Source: Caulobacteraceae bacterium
Lineage (GTDB): Bacteria; Pseudomonadota; Alphaproteobacteria; Caulobacterales; Caulobacteraceae
DNA: 64,000 nucleotides
Reading direction: 5' to 3'
Assembly: GCA_043742825.1 (NCBI GenBank)
Contig: JAYTXQ010000227.1
Coordinates: 963-64,962 of the forward strand
In this document: positions 9,078 to 18,502 of the stretch, one piece after another
Layout of the letters: every line of letters begins with the position of its first letter
Position numbering within the stretch: the stretch's first letter is position 1
Program-made: the position numbers and the translations under genes
Notes under the pieces: generated by a model
Seen by the model: only the letters and a program-made list of their open reading frames with translations
Database searches by the model: none
What the model was told of the DNA's origin: nothing

Positions 9078-10307
9078 TCAGATGATCGCGTCCGCGCGGA
9101 GCTGAGCGACCTCGTCATCCCCATAGCCCAACTCAGCGAGAATCGCATCGGTGTGCTGGCCGGGCTGCGGGGCCGGGGTGTCATAGTGTGGCTCGAGGCC
9201 CGACAGTCCAAATGCTTGGCCGACGACCTGAGTTGCCAGAGGGTCGTGCTTCAGTGTTCGTGCCATGCGCAGATGGCGCACCTGTGGGTCGGCAAACATC
9301 TCATCAATGGCATAGACCGGACCGCAGGGGACCCCGGCATCGTTAAAGGTTTCGACCCAGTGGCCGGTCGGCTGCAATCTCAGGGCGGCGGCGACCGCAG
9401 CGTTGAGCGCACCGCGGTTACGTGCCCGCGCGCCCGCAGTGGCAAATCGTGCCTCGTCGATCAGGGCCGGCACGTCGGCAGCGCGGCAGAACCGCTCGAA
9501 CATCTCCTGGCCCAGAACCCCAATATTGACTTGGCTGTCAGCGGTCTGGAACAGACCCATTGCCGGCGAAGTCGGGTGCAGGTTTCCCTCTTGGCCGGGC
9601 GTGAACCCGTCGATCAGATAGCGGGCCGCCTGAAAATCGAGCAGGGCGATCTGCGCCTGCAATAGCGAGGTGGTGACCCATCGCCCGCGCCCGGTCACGT
9701 GACGCTCCAGCAAAGCCGTCATTACCCCTAAGGCGCAATAGAGACCGGCGGCGGTATCGGCGATGGCGATGCCGGCGCGCACAGGGCCCTGGCCAGGAAA
9801 TCCGGTGACCGACATCAACCCGCCCATGCCCTGGGCGATCTGATCAATTCCGGGACGATCCGCATAGGGGCCGTCCTCGCCGAACCCGGAGATACTGGCA
9901 TAGATCAACCGAGGATTGAGCGCGCTCAAGGTTTGATAATCTATCTTCAGGCGGCGTTTGACGGCCGGTCGGTAGTTCTCGATCAGAATATCGGCGGTTT
10001 CCACCAGATGTAGCAGGACCTGCCGCCCGGCGGGCTGTTTCAGGTCCAGGGTCAGGCTACGTTTATTGCGATGCAGGTTGCGTGCGTCCGAGCCCAGGCG
10101 CGGCATGGCACCATCGCCCTCGCCTGGCGGCTCGATCATCACAACGTCCGCCCCCCAGTCAGCGAACTGCCGCACGGCCGTAGGGCCCGAGCGCACTCGG
10201 CTCAGATCAATGACTCGCAACCCCTCGAACGGCAGACGTGCCGAGGCGTCGGTGGTCTCTGGAGTTCGGGGCGCGGTCGCGGGTTCACCCCGGGGCGGCC
10301 GGATCAT
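9078..10307 (-). CDS. CaiB/BaiF family III CoA-transferase
   Basis: 409-aa ORF with GLRVIDLSRVRSGPTAVRQFADWGADVVMIEPP, the classic family III CoA-transferase N-terminus. ATGA start/stop overlap with the upstream glpD-like gene (10304-10307). Confidence 0.85.
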   Translation of the reverse strand: MIRPPRGEPATAPRTPETTDASARLPFEGLRVIDLSRVRSGPTAVRQFADWGADVVMIEPPGEGDGAMPRLGSDARNLHRNKRSLTLDLKQPAGRQVLLHLVETADILIENYRPAVKRRLKIDYQTLSALNPRLIYASISGFGEDGPYADRPGIDQIAQGMGGLMSVTGFPGQGPVRAGIAIADTAAGLYCALGVMTALLERHVTGRGRWVTTSLLQAQIALLDFQAARYLIDGFTPGQEGNLHPTSPAMGLFQTADSQVNIGVLGQEMFERFCRAADVPALIDEARFATAGARARNRGALNAAVAAALRLQPTGHWVETFNDAGVPCGPVYAIDEMFADPQVRHLRMARTLKHDPLATQVVGQAFGLSGLEPHYDTPAPQPGQHTDAILAELGYGDDEVAQLRADAII

Positions 10308-11821
10308 CGAAAGTCCATGTCACGGGTGTGTTGATCGCGGCAGATGGCAACCTGCCGCGCGATCTCTGCGGACGACCAGCCGAGCAGAGGGGCCATGGCG
10401 TCGGCAGCGGTTTGCAACGCGCCCATTCCAGCATCAAGGTCGAAGAACGCCCGGCCGCTGCGCCTTACCCACCAGTCTTCTAGGGTGAGCGCGCCCTCGA
10501 CCAACACGGCATGGATGGCCTGAGCGGAAACACCGCCGGGGATGGATGCGATATCGGCACCGGCATCGCCACCGATGAGAGGCGTCACCGCCGTCCGGCT
10601 GGCCTGTGGCTTGCGGCCCATCGCCAGTTCCACCGCGTCGACCACGCGCTGCGCCATCTGGCGATAGGCGGTCAGCTTGCCACCGGCTATCGAGATCATG
10701 CCGGCAGGTCCGGTCCACAGCTCATCGCGGCGGGAGATTTCCGAGGCGCTCTTCCCGGCCTGAGCCACCAGGGGGCGAACGCCCGACCACACTGAAACGA
10801 TATCGGCGGGCGTGATCGGATCGACTGCGAAGCGGCGGTTGGTGGCGGCCAATAGATACTCAACGTCCTGAGCGGTGATCGGAGGCCAGGCTTCAGCGTC
10901 AGGATGAAAGGTATCGGTGGTACCCAGATAGGTCACCGGCCCTTTGGGGACCGCAAAGACGCCACGCCCATCGGCGGCATTCATGATGATTGTGCGATTG
11001 ATTGGCAGCCGCGCGTGGGGGATCACCAAGTGCACCCCGCGCGCGAGGGTGAGACGGGAGGCAGATCCGGCGTCTTCCATCGCCCTGACGCTATCGGCCC
11101 AGGGACCGGCGGCATTGACGATGATGCGGGCCATAAGCCGAGCCTGCCGGTCCTCGCCTCCCGGCAGAGTGTCCAGGACCTCAAGGCCTGTGGCTTTGTC
11201 GCCGTCGCGTATGATCGCTCCGGCCCGCGCATAGCTGGCCACGACCGCCCCGTCTGTGGCAGCGGAGCGGACATTGGCCAGGGTCAGGCGTGCGTCGTCG
11301 GTAAGGTATTCAGGATAAACCACCGCCCCGGCCAGGTCAGAGGCCGCAAGGGTTGGTTCGCGCATTCGCAGTTGGGCCGCCGACCAGACCTCGTGCCTGT
11401 TGGATTTGGCGACGCCGCCCAGCTTTTCGAAGGTCCACAAGCCGGCGCGAAGTTTAGCCATCACCGCCGCGTTTTTGGCCGGAATGACAAAGGGGGTCTC
11501 GCGCGCCAGGTGTGGGGCGATATGCTGCACAATCGCGCGCTCCGAGGCTGCCTCGCGCACCAAGGCCAGGTCCCCTTGAGCCAGATACCGCAGCCCGCCA
11601 TGAATCATTTTCGACGAGCGGCTGGACGTGCCCGCGGCGAAATCCCGCGCATCAATGAGGGCCACCCGCAGGCCTCGCAAAGCGGCGTCCCGCGCCACGC
11701 CCGCCCCGGTGATTCCTGCCCCGATCACCGCCAGATCGAACACTTCGGCTTCCAGGGCAGCGAACAGGGCATCGCGGTTCCTAAGATCCAGAGCGCCCGA
11801 CACCGATGCCATCCTGTTCAA
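10304..11821 (-). CDS. glpD: FAD-dependent glycerol-3-phosphate dehydrogenase-like oxidoreductase
   Basis: 505-aa ORF. It has the dinucleotide fold DLAVIGAGITGAGVARDAALRG followed by SSRSSKMIHGGLRYL, the GlpD hallmark. Confidence 0.8.
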   Translation of the reverse strand: MNRMASVSGALDLRNRDALFAALEAEVFDLAVIGAGITGAGVARDAALRGLRVALIDARDFAAGTSSRSSKMIHGGLRYLAQGDLALVREAASERAIVQHIAPHLARETPFVIPAKNAAVMAKLRAGLWTFEKLGGVAKSNRHEVWSAAQLRMREPTLAASDLAGAVVYPEYLTDDARLTLANVRSAATDGAVVASYARAGAIIRDGDKATGLEVLDTLPGGEDRQARLMARIIVNAAGPWADSVRAMEDAGSASRLTLARGVHLVIPHARLPINRTIIMNAADGRGVFAVPKGPVTYLGTTDTFHPDAEAWPPITAQDVEYLLAATNRRFAVDPITPADIVSVWSGVRPLVAQAGKSASEISRRDELWTGPAGMISIAGGKLTAYRQMAQRVVDAVELAMGRKPQASRTAVTPLIGGDAGADIASIPGGVSAQAIHAVLVEGALTLEDWWVRRSGRAFFDLDAGMGALQTAADAMAPLLGWSSAEIARQVAICRDQHTRDMDFR

Positions 11822-11903
11822 ACCCCAGCGAAACGCCTAATCTTGCTTCCAGACTCTACAGGGCAGGCCATGGCCTGCGCAATCTTCACGAGGCTGACAC
11901 CCG

Positions 11904-13382
11904 ATGATCCTTGAACGCCTGGCCCCCGTGGTCACCAGCTTAGCCCCGAGCAACCATCCGTATCTGAACGGGGCCTGGACGCCGTTGCATGAGGAGGTCA
12001 ACGCTTCTGATTTGCAGGTGATCGAGGGGGCAATCCCCACAGACATCGACGGGATTTACCTGCGCAATACTGAAAATCAGGTGCATCAGCCTCTGGGCCG
12101 ATTCCATCCCTTTGACGGCGACGGGATGATCCATCAGATCGAGTTCAGCGGCGGAAAAGCAAGCTATCGCAACCGGTATATTCGTACGCGTGGGTTCCAG
12201 GCCGAGCAAGAGGCAGGTGCATCCCTGTGGGGTGGGCTGGCCGACCCGGTGACCCTGGCCAGGCGGCCCGGGTTCGGCGCGCACGGGGCTTTGAAGGATA
12301 GCTCCAGCACCGACGTAATCGTGCACGCCGGGCGCGGACTTTCGACCTTTTACCAATGCGGCGAGGGCTATCGCTTTGATCCCCTGACCCTTGAAATGCA
12401 TGGACAGGAGGCATGGACCCCTATTGACGGGATTTCCGCGCACCCTAAAGTTGATCTGGCGACGGGCGAGCTTTTGTTTTTCAACTATTCCAAACACGCC
12501 CCACACATGCACCTGGGCATTGTCGATAAGCGCAACCACCTGACCAGCTATCGCCCGATTCCCTTAGCCGGGCCCCGCTTGCCGCACGACATGGCATTCA
12601 CCGAAAATTACGCGATACTCAATGACTTACCTGTGTTCTGGGACGCCGAGCTGTTGAAACGCGACATTCATGCTGTGCGGCTGCACGAAGGCCTGCCGTC
12701 GCGTTTCGCTCTGGTGCCGCGCCGGGGCGACGGGCCGATCCTGTGGTTCGAGGCGGCCCCCACCTATGTCCTGCACTGGTTGAATGCTTATGAGGATGGA
12801 GACGAGGTAATTCTGGATGGTTATTTTCAGGAAGAGCCCATGCCCAAACCCCATGCCGACGCCCTTCCCGGCTTTGGCCACATGATGGCCTATCTGGACA
12901 TGCACAGCTTCAAGCCCCGCCTGCATCGCTGGCGCTTTAACCTCAAGACTGGGGCGACGCGGGAAGAGCGGCTGGACGACCGGATTTTAGAATTCGGCAT
13001 GATCAATGCCCGCTTTGCCGGCCAACCCTATCGGTATGGTTATTCCACCACCGCCCTTCCCGGCTGGTTCCTGTTCAACGGCTTTGTCAAACATGACCTG
13101 ATCAGCGGCGAAAGCTGGAGCTACACCCTCCCCGAAAGCCGCTACGCCAGCGAAGCCCCTTTCGCACCGCGCGTCGGTGCCACAGCCGAAGATGAGGGCT
13201 ATCTGGTCAGCTTCGTCACCGACGAAAACACCGGCACCAGCGAATGCATCTTGCTGGACGCCCAGCGCATCCAGGACGGCCCGGTGTGCAGGGTAGCCCT
13301 ACCCCACAAACTGTGCAGTGGTACCCACGCCTGGTGGGCGGACCGGGCGGATTTGGCGGCTGGGCGAGCCGATGCGCCCTGA
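11904..13382 (+). CDS. carotenoid oxygenase family protein (carotenoid/lignostilbene cleavage dioxygenase)
   Basis: 492-aa ORF with NHPYLNGAWTPLHEEV...IEGAIPTDIDGIYLRNTEN...FHPFDGDGMIHQIEF and conserved His-containing blocks (ISAHPK, MPHDMAFT, YVLHWLNAYE). Confidence 0.85.
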   Translation: MILERLAPVVTSLAPSNHPYLNGAWTPLHEEVNASDLQVIEGAIPTDIDGIYLRNTENQVHQPLGRFHPFDGDGMIHQIEFSGGKASYRNRYIRTRGFQAEQEAGASLWGGLADPVTLARRPGFGAHGALKDSSSTDVIVHAGRGLSTFYQCGEGYRFDPLTLEMHGQEAWTPIDGISAHPKVDLATGELLFFNYSKHAPHMHLGIVDKRNHLTSYRPIPLAGPRLPHDMAFTENYAILNDLPVFWDAELLKRDIHAVRLHEGLPSRFALVPRRGDGPILWFEAAPTYVLHWLNAYEDGDEVILDGYFQEEPMPKPHADALPGFGHMMAYLDMHSFKPRLHRWRFNLKTGATREERLDDRILEFGMINARFAGQPYRYGYSTTALPGWFLFNGFVKHDLISGESWSYTLPESRYASEAPFAPRVGATAEDEGYLVSFVTDENTGTSECILLDAQRIQDGPVCRVALPHKLCSGTHAWWADRADLAAGRADAP

Positions 13383-13510
13383 CCTGATCCCGGGCGGCGC
13401 CAGGACGCCAGACCGACCCCCCGCAGGATGAACACCTGATGAACGGCGGGAACCTGCGCCGTTCAGAAACGTTTCCTTATACGCATTTCCAGACCGCAAC
13501 AGGAGTTGTC

Positions 13511-14716
13511 ATGCGCAAGTTCCAATCCGCCTCATTGGCCGTTTTAATCGGACTGGGTGCCGCGATGAGTCTCGTCGCGCCAGGGATAAGCCAGGCTCAA
13601 GTGAGCATCGGCATCAGCGTCGGCTATGGGCCGCCCGCCATCCCCTATTACCGGCAACCGGAAATTCCCGGCTACGGCTATATCTGGACACCAGGATATT
13701 GGGCCTACGACGACGACTATAGCGATTATTACTGGGTGCCGGGCACGTGGGTGAGGCCGCCGCGCATCGGCTATCTATGGACGCCTGGATATTGGGGTTA
13801 TAACGACGGCTCTTACCTGTTCAATCAGGGCTATTGGGGCTCATCGATCGGTTTCTACGGCGGGATCAATTATGGTTATGGCTACGGCGGCTACGGCTAC
13901 GATGGCGGCTATTGGAGAGGCCGCGACTTCTATTACAACCGCACCGTCAACAATGTCACCAACATCAATATCACTAATGTTTACAACCGCCAGGTGAACA
14001 CGACGATCAATCATATCAGCTATAATGGCGGCCCAACCGGTGTGCAGGCGCGACCAACGCCGCAACAACTGGCCGTGACCAACCGACCGCGCCTTCAGCC
14101 GACGGCGTTGCAAATGCAGCACCGACAGATGGCCGCGACCACCCCCGCCTTGCGAGCCAGTATCAATCACGGTGCCCCGGCGATCGCTGCTACGGCTCAG
14201 CCTGGCGTACTGCGCGGACCGGGCGTGATCGCGGCGGCACGCCCTGGCGCTCCGTATCACCCAGGCAACAGTTTCGCCCGACCTAACCAATCGCAGCCCC
14301 GTCAGGCACAGCAGCCGATGACAAATCCCCAGGGTGATCGGGTCTCACAATCCCAGCGTGGGCCATATCACGCCAACGCTCGGGTTAATCCTGACAGCGG
14401 ATACGGCGGTAATCCAAACTATTATGGCCAGGCGCATCAGAACCCGAGGCAATCAGTGCCGCGCGACCAGGCTGGACAGCTGCGGGACCGTTCGTACCCG
14501 CAACAACAGGGTCATGCCCCGCCGCAGCAACAGTTACGTGGGCCGCCGCAGCAGCAGTTTCATGGCCCGCCCCAGCAGCAGTTCCGTGCACCGTCGCAGC
14601 AACAGTTCCGTGGACCGCCTCCCGGTCAGTCCCACGCGCCCCCGCCTCAACGGGAGCGAGCCCAACCCCAGTCTCGGCAAGCACCGGAGGATAGACGCGA
14701 TGGCGGTCGGCAGTAG
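13511..14716 (+). CDS. secreted YxWxPGxW-repeat protein with Gln/Pro-rich repetitive tail
   Basis: AGGAG precedes ATG 13511. Signal peptide MRKFQSASLAVLIGLGAAMSLVAPGISQA. Repeats YIWTPGYWAY, YYWVPGTWV, YLWTPGYWGY. The tail has four PPQQQ(L/F)(R/H)G units. Confidence 0.75.
   Translation: MRKFQSASLAVLIGLGAAMSLVAPGISQAQVSIGISVGYGPPAIPYYRQPEIPGYGYIWTPGYWAYDDDYSDYYWVPGTWVRPPRIGYLWTPGYWGYNDGSYLFNQGYWGSSIGFYGGINYGYGYGGYGYDGGYWRGRDFYYNRTVNNVTNINITNVYNRQVNTTINHISYNGGPTGVQARPTPQQLAVTNRPRLQPTALQMQHRQMAATTPALRASINHGAPAIAATAQPGVLRGPGVIAAARPGAPYHPGNSFARPNQSQPRQAQQPMTNPQGDRVSQSQRGPYHANARVNPDSGYGGNPNYYGQAHQNPRQSVPRDQAGQLRDRSYPQQQGHAPPQQQLRGPPQQQFHGPPQQQFRAPSQQQFRGPPPGQSHAPPPQRERAQPQSRQAPEDRRDGGRQ
14519..14614 (+). 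repeat. 4 x 24-nt in-frame tandem repeat inside the CDS
   Basis: Units at 14519-14542, 14543-14566, 14567-14590 and 14591-14614 encode PPQQQLRG / PPQQQFHG / PPQQQFRA / PSQQQFRG. Confidence 0.85.
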
Positions 14717-14757
14717 TTAGGCGACCCTCGCTTCGGGCGGATGATTGTCCTATTGTT

Positions 14758-15735
14758 TCAGGCTAACCCAATCACCGCTCGACGCCGCCGTGCAAATCCG
14801 CCCAAGGCGCCAATGCCGATAAACATCAGGGCCCAGGTTGCCGGCTCAGGCACCCCAAGGGGATTGTAGAGCCAGTTTTCGCTGCCGTTAGTCAGCACCA
14901 CTTCGCCCAAGTCGTTGATGCCAAAAGCGTTATAGTTGTTACCGGTCGGCGGGTTCAGGTCGATGAAGCCGTTGGTGAGCAGGTTATAGGTAAAGGGGTG
15001 CAATATGGCCCCTGCATCGACCCATTCGCCCACAGCCAGGCCATTGTTGTTGACCCCCTCCAGATAGGTGCCGTTCACTGCATTGGGGTCATTGACGAAA
15101 CTATAACCGCCACCGGAATAAACAAAGCCCTGGATCAGGCCCGCCGACGATGTCCAGCCGATGATCAACCCCGCATCGGTGACCCCGCGCGCCAGGGTGC
15201 GGACGCTAAAAACAGGGGACACCGACAGATCGGTGCAGCTGCCGCCATTAAGGATATAGCCGTGACGGTAGAGATGGCCGCCTGAGTAGAAGAAATAATC
15301 TCCGACTATGACGCCACTGGCATTGATCCCTTGAGCGATGCCGTTGAGGGGTGCGGAGGTTGCCGGATCCACCAGGGTTGTGACGGCACCTCCGGCGCTG
15401 CGCTGGAATTCGGAGGCTGTTCTTAGGTTCAGCGTCGAGTCGGTGGAATAGCCGGTGATGGTGTTGGCCGCGTTAATCGCCCGGCCCGTCGTGGCGAAGG
15501 CACCCGCGTCGGTGAAGGTGGTGTAGACACCAGCAGGGTCGCGGATGAAAGCCGGGCCGGCAGAGGTCGAGTCGTTGATCGCACCGGTCATATAGCCGGC
15601 ATTATTGATCGCCAGTACCGCGGTTGTCGTACCGGGCGCGCCGTAAGCGGCAATCGGGGTGTAGCTGCCCGCAGAGGCTGTCGTCGCGGCCAGCAAAAGT
15701 CCTGCTGCGGCGGCAAATAACCGAATTCGTGCCAT
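14758..15735 (-). CDS. PEP-CTERM sorting-domain protein with HAF-type (INxxGxxxG) extracellular repeats
   Basis: Signal peptide MARIRLFAAAAGLLLAATTASA. Recurring (A/G)IN(N/D)xG...G repeats. C-terminus VPEPATWALMFIGIGALGGFARRRR is PEP motif + TM + basic tail. Confidence 0.85.
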   Translation of the reverse strand: MARIRLFAAAAGLLLAATTASAGSYTPIAAYGAPGTTTAVLAINNAGYMTGAINDSTSAGPAFIRDPAGVYTTFTDAGAFATTGRAINAANTITGYSTDSTLNLRTASEFQRSAGGAVTTLVDPATSAPLNGIAQGINASGVIVGDYFFYSGGHLYRHGYILNGGSCTDLSVSPVFSVRTLARGVTDAGLIIGWTSSAGLIQGFVYSGGGYSFVNDPNAVNGTYLEGVNNNGLAVGEWVDAGAILHPFTYNLLTNGFIDLNPPTGNNYNAFGINDLGEVVLTNGSENWLYNPLGVPEPATWALMFIGIGALGGFARRRRAVIGLA

Positions 15736-15999
15736 TTTGTCTCGTCCTATGGGGTTGGGGCTGTTGGGTTAGGGGCTATCGGATTAGAGGCTATTGTGCA
15801 CCCAGCGTTGGCAAACCGGCGAGCGCATCTTCAGCTGCTGCCTGGATCGCCTCGGTGCCAGCCGCGCTGGCATCGCTGGTGATCTGGACGCTACCGAGCA
15901 CGAGATAGGCCGCACCCTCGACACTGCCGGGGCCAGGCCGCTGGCGTCATCGGCAACTTGCGGCAGGGGTGTTCCACGAGCGCTGATCCGCGCCGAAAG

Positions 16000-16173
16000 T
16001 TAGTACAGGCCGTCGGCGGTCGAGACCGTTATTCTGTCAGTATCAATGGCGACGTTGCGCGCCTGAAACGCAGCGACCAGCGCGCCGGCGATATCGTCCT
16101 CAGTGAGCTGGATGGACTGTCGACCAGGGGCGTCACCCTCACTCGTCACAGCGGCGTCATCGGCCATCGTCAT
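16000..16173 (-). CDS. small hypothetical ORF (57 aa), possibly the 5' piece of a decayed gene
   Basis: Below the 60-aa cut-off of the supplied track. ATG 16173 is preceded by AAGAGGGA. Product: MTMADDAAVTSEGDAPGRQSIQLTEDDIAGALVAAFQARNVAIDTDRITVSTADGLY. GC-rich third positions. A second coding-looking frame continues to TAG 15791. Confidence 0.25.
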   Translation of the reverse strand: MTMADDAAVTSEGDAPGRQSIQLTEDDIAGALVAAFQARNVAIDTDRITVSTADGLY

Positions 16174-16383
16174 TCCCTCTTAATGCGGATCGTGCACAGG
16201 CGTACAATGAAGCCTGTTTTCAGGTCTGGCTCAAGGGGGTTGTCAGCGCCGCGGCTCACGCGCTGATGTTGGGTCTGACTATAGGTGTGGTGTGCATGCA
16301 CTCCGGCACTGGTTCAGGACCCCCCTGGCGTAAACAGTGGCGGGCCACTAGATTGGTGCCAGAGCCAAATAGGGATAATAGCC

Positions 16384-17010
16384 GTGCATCTGAAACTCAA
16401 AAACCTGTCGCGCCTGTGCCTTTTGCTGATCCTGCCGGCGGCCCTGGCCGGGTGCGGGATCAATGCCATTCCGACAAAACAGGAAGCGGCCAAGGCCAAA
16501 TGGGGCGAAGTGGAAAATGCTTATCAGCGACGGGCCGATCTGATCCCGTCACTTGTCGCCACGGTCAAAGGCTTTGCGGCTCAGGAAAAGAGCGTGTTGG
16601 TCGAGGTTACTCAAGCCAGGGCCAGCGCCACGCAGGTAAAGGTCGATCCTGGCACCCTGACCAATCCCGCCGCCCTGCAGAAATTCGAGCAATCCCAGGG
16701 CCAGTTGTCTGGGGCCTTGGGCCGCCTGATGGTGATCCAGGAGAAGTATCCAGAGTTGAAATCCAACGAAAACTTCCTGGCTTTGCAGTCCCAGCTTGAG
16801 GGCACGGAAAACCGCATCGCTGTGGCCAGGCGCGATTATATCGACGCAGTGCAAGACTTTAACACCGCGCTGCGCACCTTCCCGACAGTGATCTGGGCCA
16901 GCACTTTCTATTCGGCGGAAAAACCCATGGTCACGTTCACGGCTGGTGCCGCCGCACAGACTGCGCCAACGGTGAATTTCGATACCCCTGCCACGCCGGC
17001 GACAAAGTGA
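16384..17010 (+). CDS. lemA: LemA family lipoprotein
   Basis: GTG 16384 within ORF 16285..17010. Lipobox LPAALAGC. Then KWGEVENAYQRRADLIPSLVATVKG...EKYPELKSNENFLALQSQLEGTENRIAVARRDY, the LemA signature. Confidence 0.85.
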   Translation: MHLKLKNLSRLCLLLILPAALAGCGINAIPTKQEAAKAKWGEVENAYQRRADLIPSLVATVKGFAAQEKSVLVEVTQARASATQVKVDPGTLTNPAALQKFEQSQGQLSGALGRLMVIQEKYPELKSNENFLALQSQLEGTENRIAVARRDYIDAVQDFNTALRTFPTVIWASTFYSAEKPMVTFTAGAAAQTAPTVNFDTPATPATK

Positions 17011-17813
17011 AGCTTCTCGCCGCCTGGCTGGCTATGGCGGCGGCCCTGCTGCTGGCCGCACCGGCTTTTGCCGCCCTGACCTTTCCACCCCTCAGCGGGC
17101 GCGTGGTTGATCAGGCCCATGTGCTCAGCCCGCAGGCTCAGGCGGAACTGACCGCAAAGCTCGCCGCATTGGAACAAAAAACCAGTCGCCAACTGGTGGT
17201 GGTCACCCTGCCCAGCCTGCAGGGTGACGACATCGAGGACTATGGGAATAAGCTGCTCAGAACCTGGGGCCTGGGCCAGAAGGCCACTAACAACGGCGTC
17301 CTGTTCATCATCGTGCCGTCTGAACATAAGGTGCGCATCGAGGTGGGCTATGGCCTGGAAGGCCAATTCACCGATGCCCTGTCCAGCGTGATTTTGCAGC
17401 GGTCAGTGATCCCCAAATTCCGCGCCGGCGATGTTCAGGGCGGCGTGGTGGCTGGCACCGATGAGATCATCACCCAGCTTGGCCTTGATGCCTCCACCGC
17501 CGAGGCACGCGCGGCGCAGGCGGCCCAGAGCCTATCGCGGCCGCAAGGTCGCATCGGCAACCCGCTTGGCGGGATCGTGCCGATTTTGCTCATTATCTTC
17601 ATCGGCTTTCATCTGCTGCGAGGCCGCGGCGGGGCCGGCGGCGGTGGTGGCGGCTTGGCATGGTTGTTACCGATGATGATCCTGGGTAGTTCCAGAGGTG
17701 GCTGGGGCGGGGGTGGCGGCGGCTTTGGTGGTGGGGATTTCGGCGGCGGTGGCGGGGGGTTCGGCGGCGGTGGCGGGTCAGGCGGTGGCGGCGGTGCCTC
17801 GGGGGGGTGGTGA
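17007..17813 (+). CDS. TPM-domain (YgcG-like) protein with Gly-rich C-terminal tail
   Basis: 4-nt overlap with lemA. GRVVDQAHVLSPQAQAELTAKLAALEQKTSRQLVVVTLPSLQG...GVLFIIVPSEHKVRIEVGYGLEG is the TPM phosphatase-fold pattern. TM segment plus poly-Gly tail. Confidence 0.85.
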   Translation: MKLLAAWLAMAAALLLAAPAFAALTFPPLSGRVVDQAHVLSPQAQAELTAKLAALEQKTSRQLVVVTLPSLQGDDIEDYGNKLLRTWGLGQKATNNGVLFIIVPSEHKVRIEVGYGLEGQFTDALSSVILQRSVIPKFRAGDVQGGVVAGTDEIITQLGLDASTAEARAAQAAQSLSRPQGRIGNPLGGIVPILLIIFIGFHLLRGRGGAGGGGGGLAWLLPMMILGSSRGGWGGGGGGFGGGDFGGGGGGFGGGGGSGGGGGASGGW

Positions 17814-17814
17814 T

Positions 17815-18501
17815 ATGCTAAGCCGATTGGATGAGGATCGTATTGAAGCGGCGGTAACTGCAGCTGAAGACGGCACATCGGGCGAGATTCTCTGTGCCCT
17901 TGCAGCCGAGGTGTCGCAATACCGGGAGGTTCCCCTGGCCTGGGGCGCGGGCGTGGCTCTGGCCTTGCCCCCCCTGGCGCTGACTTTGGGCGTCAACCCC
18001 CTGGATCTGGCGAGCCGGGCAGGTGCCTGGTTGCCCGGCCAGGTTTCGGCCATGGCCGGCCAGATCGATCTGGCCCTGGCACTCTACGCCCTGGTGCAGC
18101 TGGGCCTTTTCGTCGTCACCGCTCTGATTGTCCACATTCCAGCGGTGCGTCGGCATCTGACACCTGCCAGTCTGAAACGCCGCCGGGTCGCCAGGGCGGC
18201 ACAGCACCAGTTTGCGACCATGAGTGCGCGTGCGACCGGCAGCGATACGGGTATCCTGATCTTTGTCGCGGTGGATGACCGGCAGGTGCAGATTCTAGCC
18301 GACGCCAACATCCATCAGAAAATCGAAGATGATGCCTGGAACCGCGCCGCCAAGGCGATTGGTGCCGAGATGAAGGCAGGGCACGATCCCACCGGCGGAA
18401 TTGTCCAGGCTATTGAAATCTGTGGCCAGGCCTTGAAACTGCACTTCCCCTCTGATGCCCCGCATCCGCACAGTTTTCGCGCCAGGCCGGTAGAAGTCTG
18501 A
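17815..18501 (+). CDS. TPM-domain membrane protein (second TPM gene of the LemA operon)
   Basis: ATG 17815 lies 2 nt after the previous stop (within ORF 17698..18501). N-terminus IEAAVTAAEDGTSGEI, two TM segments, and ...ILIFVAVDDRQVQILADANIHQKI. Confidence 0.7.
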   Translation: MLSRLDEDRIEAAVTAAEDGTSGEILCALAAEVSQYREVPLAWGAGVALALPPLALTLGVNPLDLASRAGAWLPGQVSAMAGQIDLALALYALVQLGLFVVTALIVHIPAVRRHLTPASLKRRRVARAAQHQFATMSARATGSDTGILIFVAVDDRQVQILADANIHQKIEDDAWNRAAKAIGAEMKAGHDPTGGIVQAIEICGQALKLHFPSDAPHPHSFRARPVEV

Positions 18502-18502
18502 C

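Noticed and set aside
17609-17878. Poly-proline ORF (PPPPPPDPPPPPNPPPPPPK...).
   Set aside because: It is the reverse complement of the Gly-rich (GGC/GGT) tail of the TPM protein 17007..17813.
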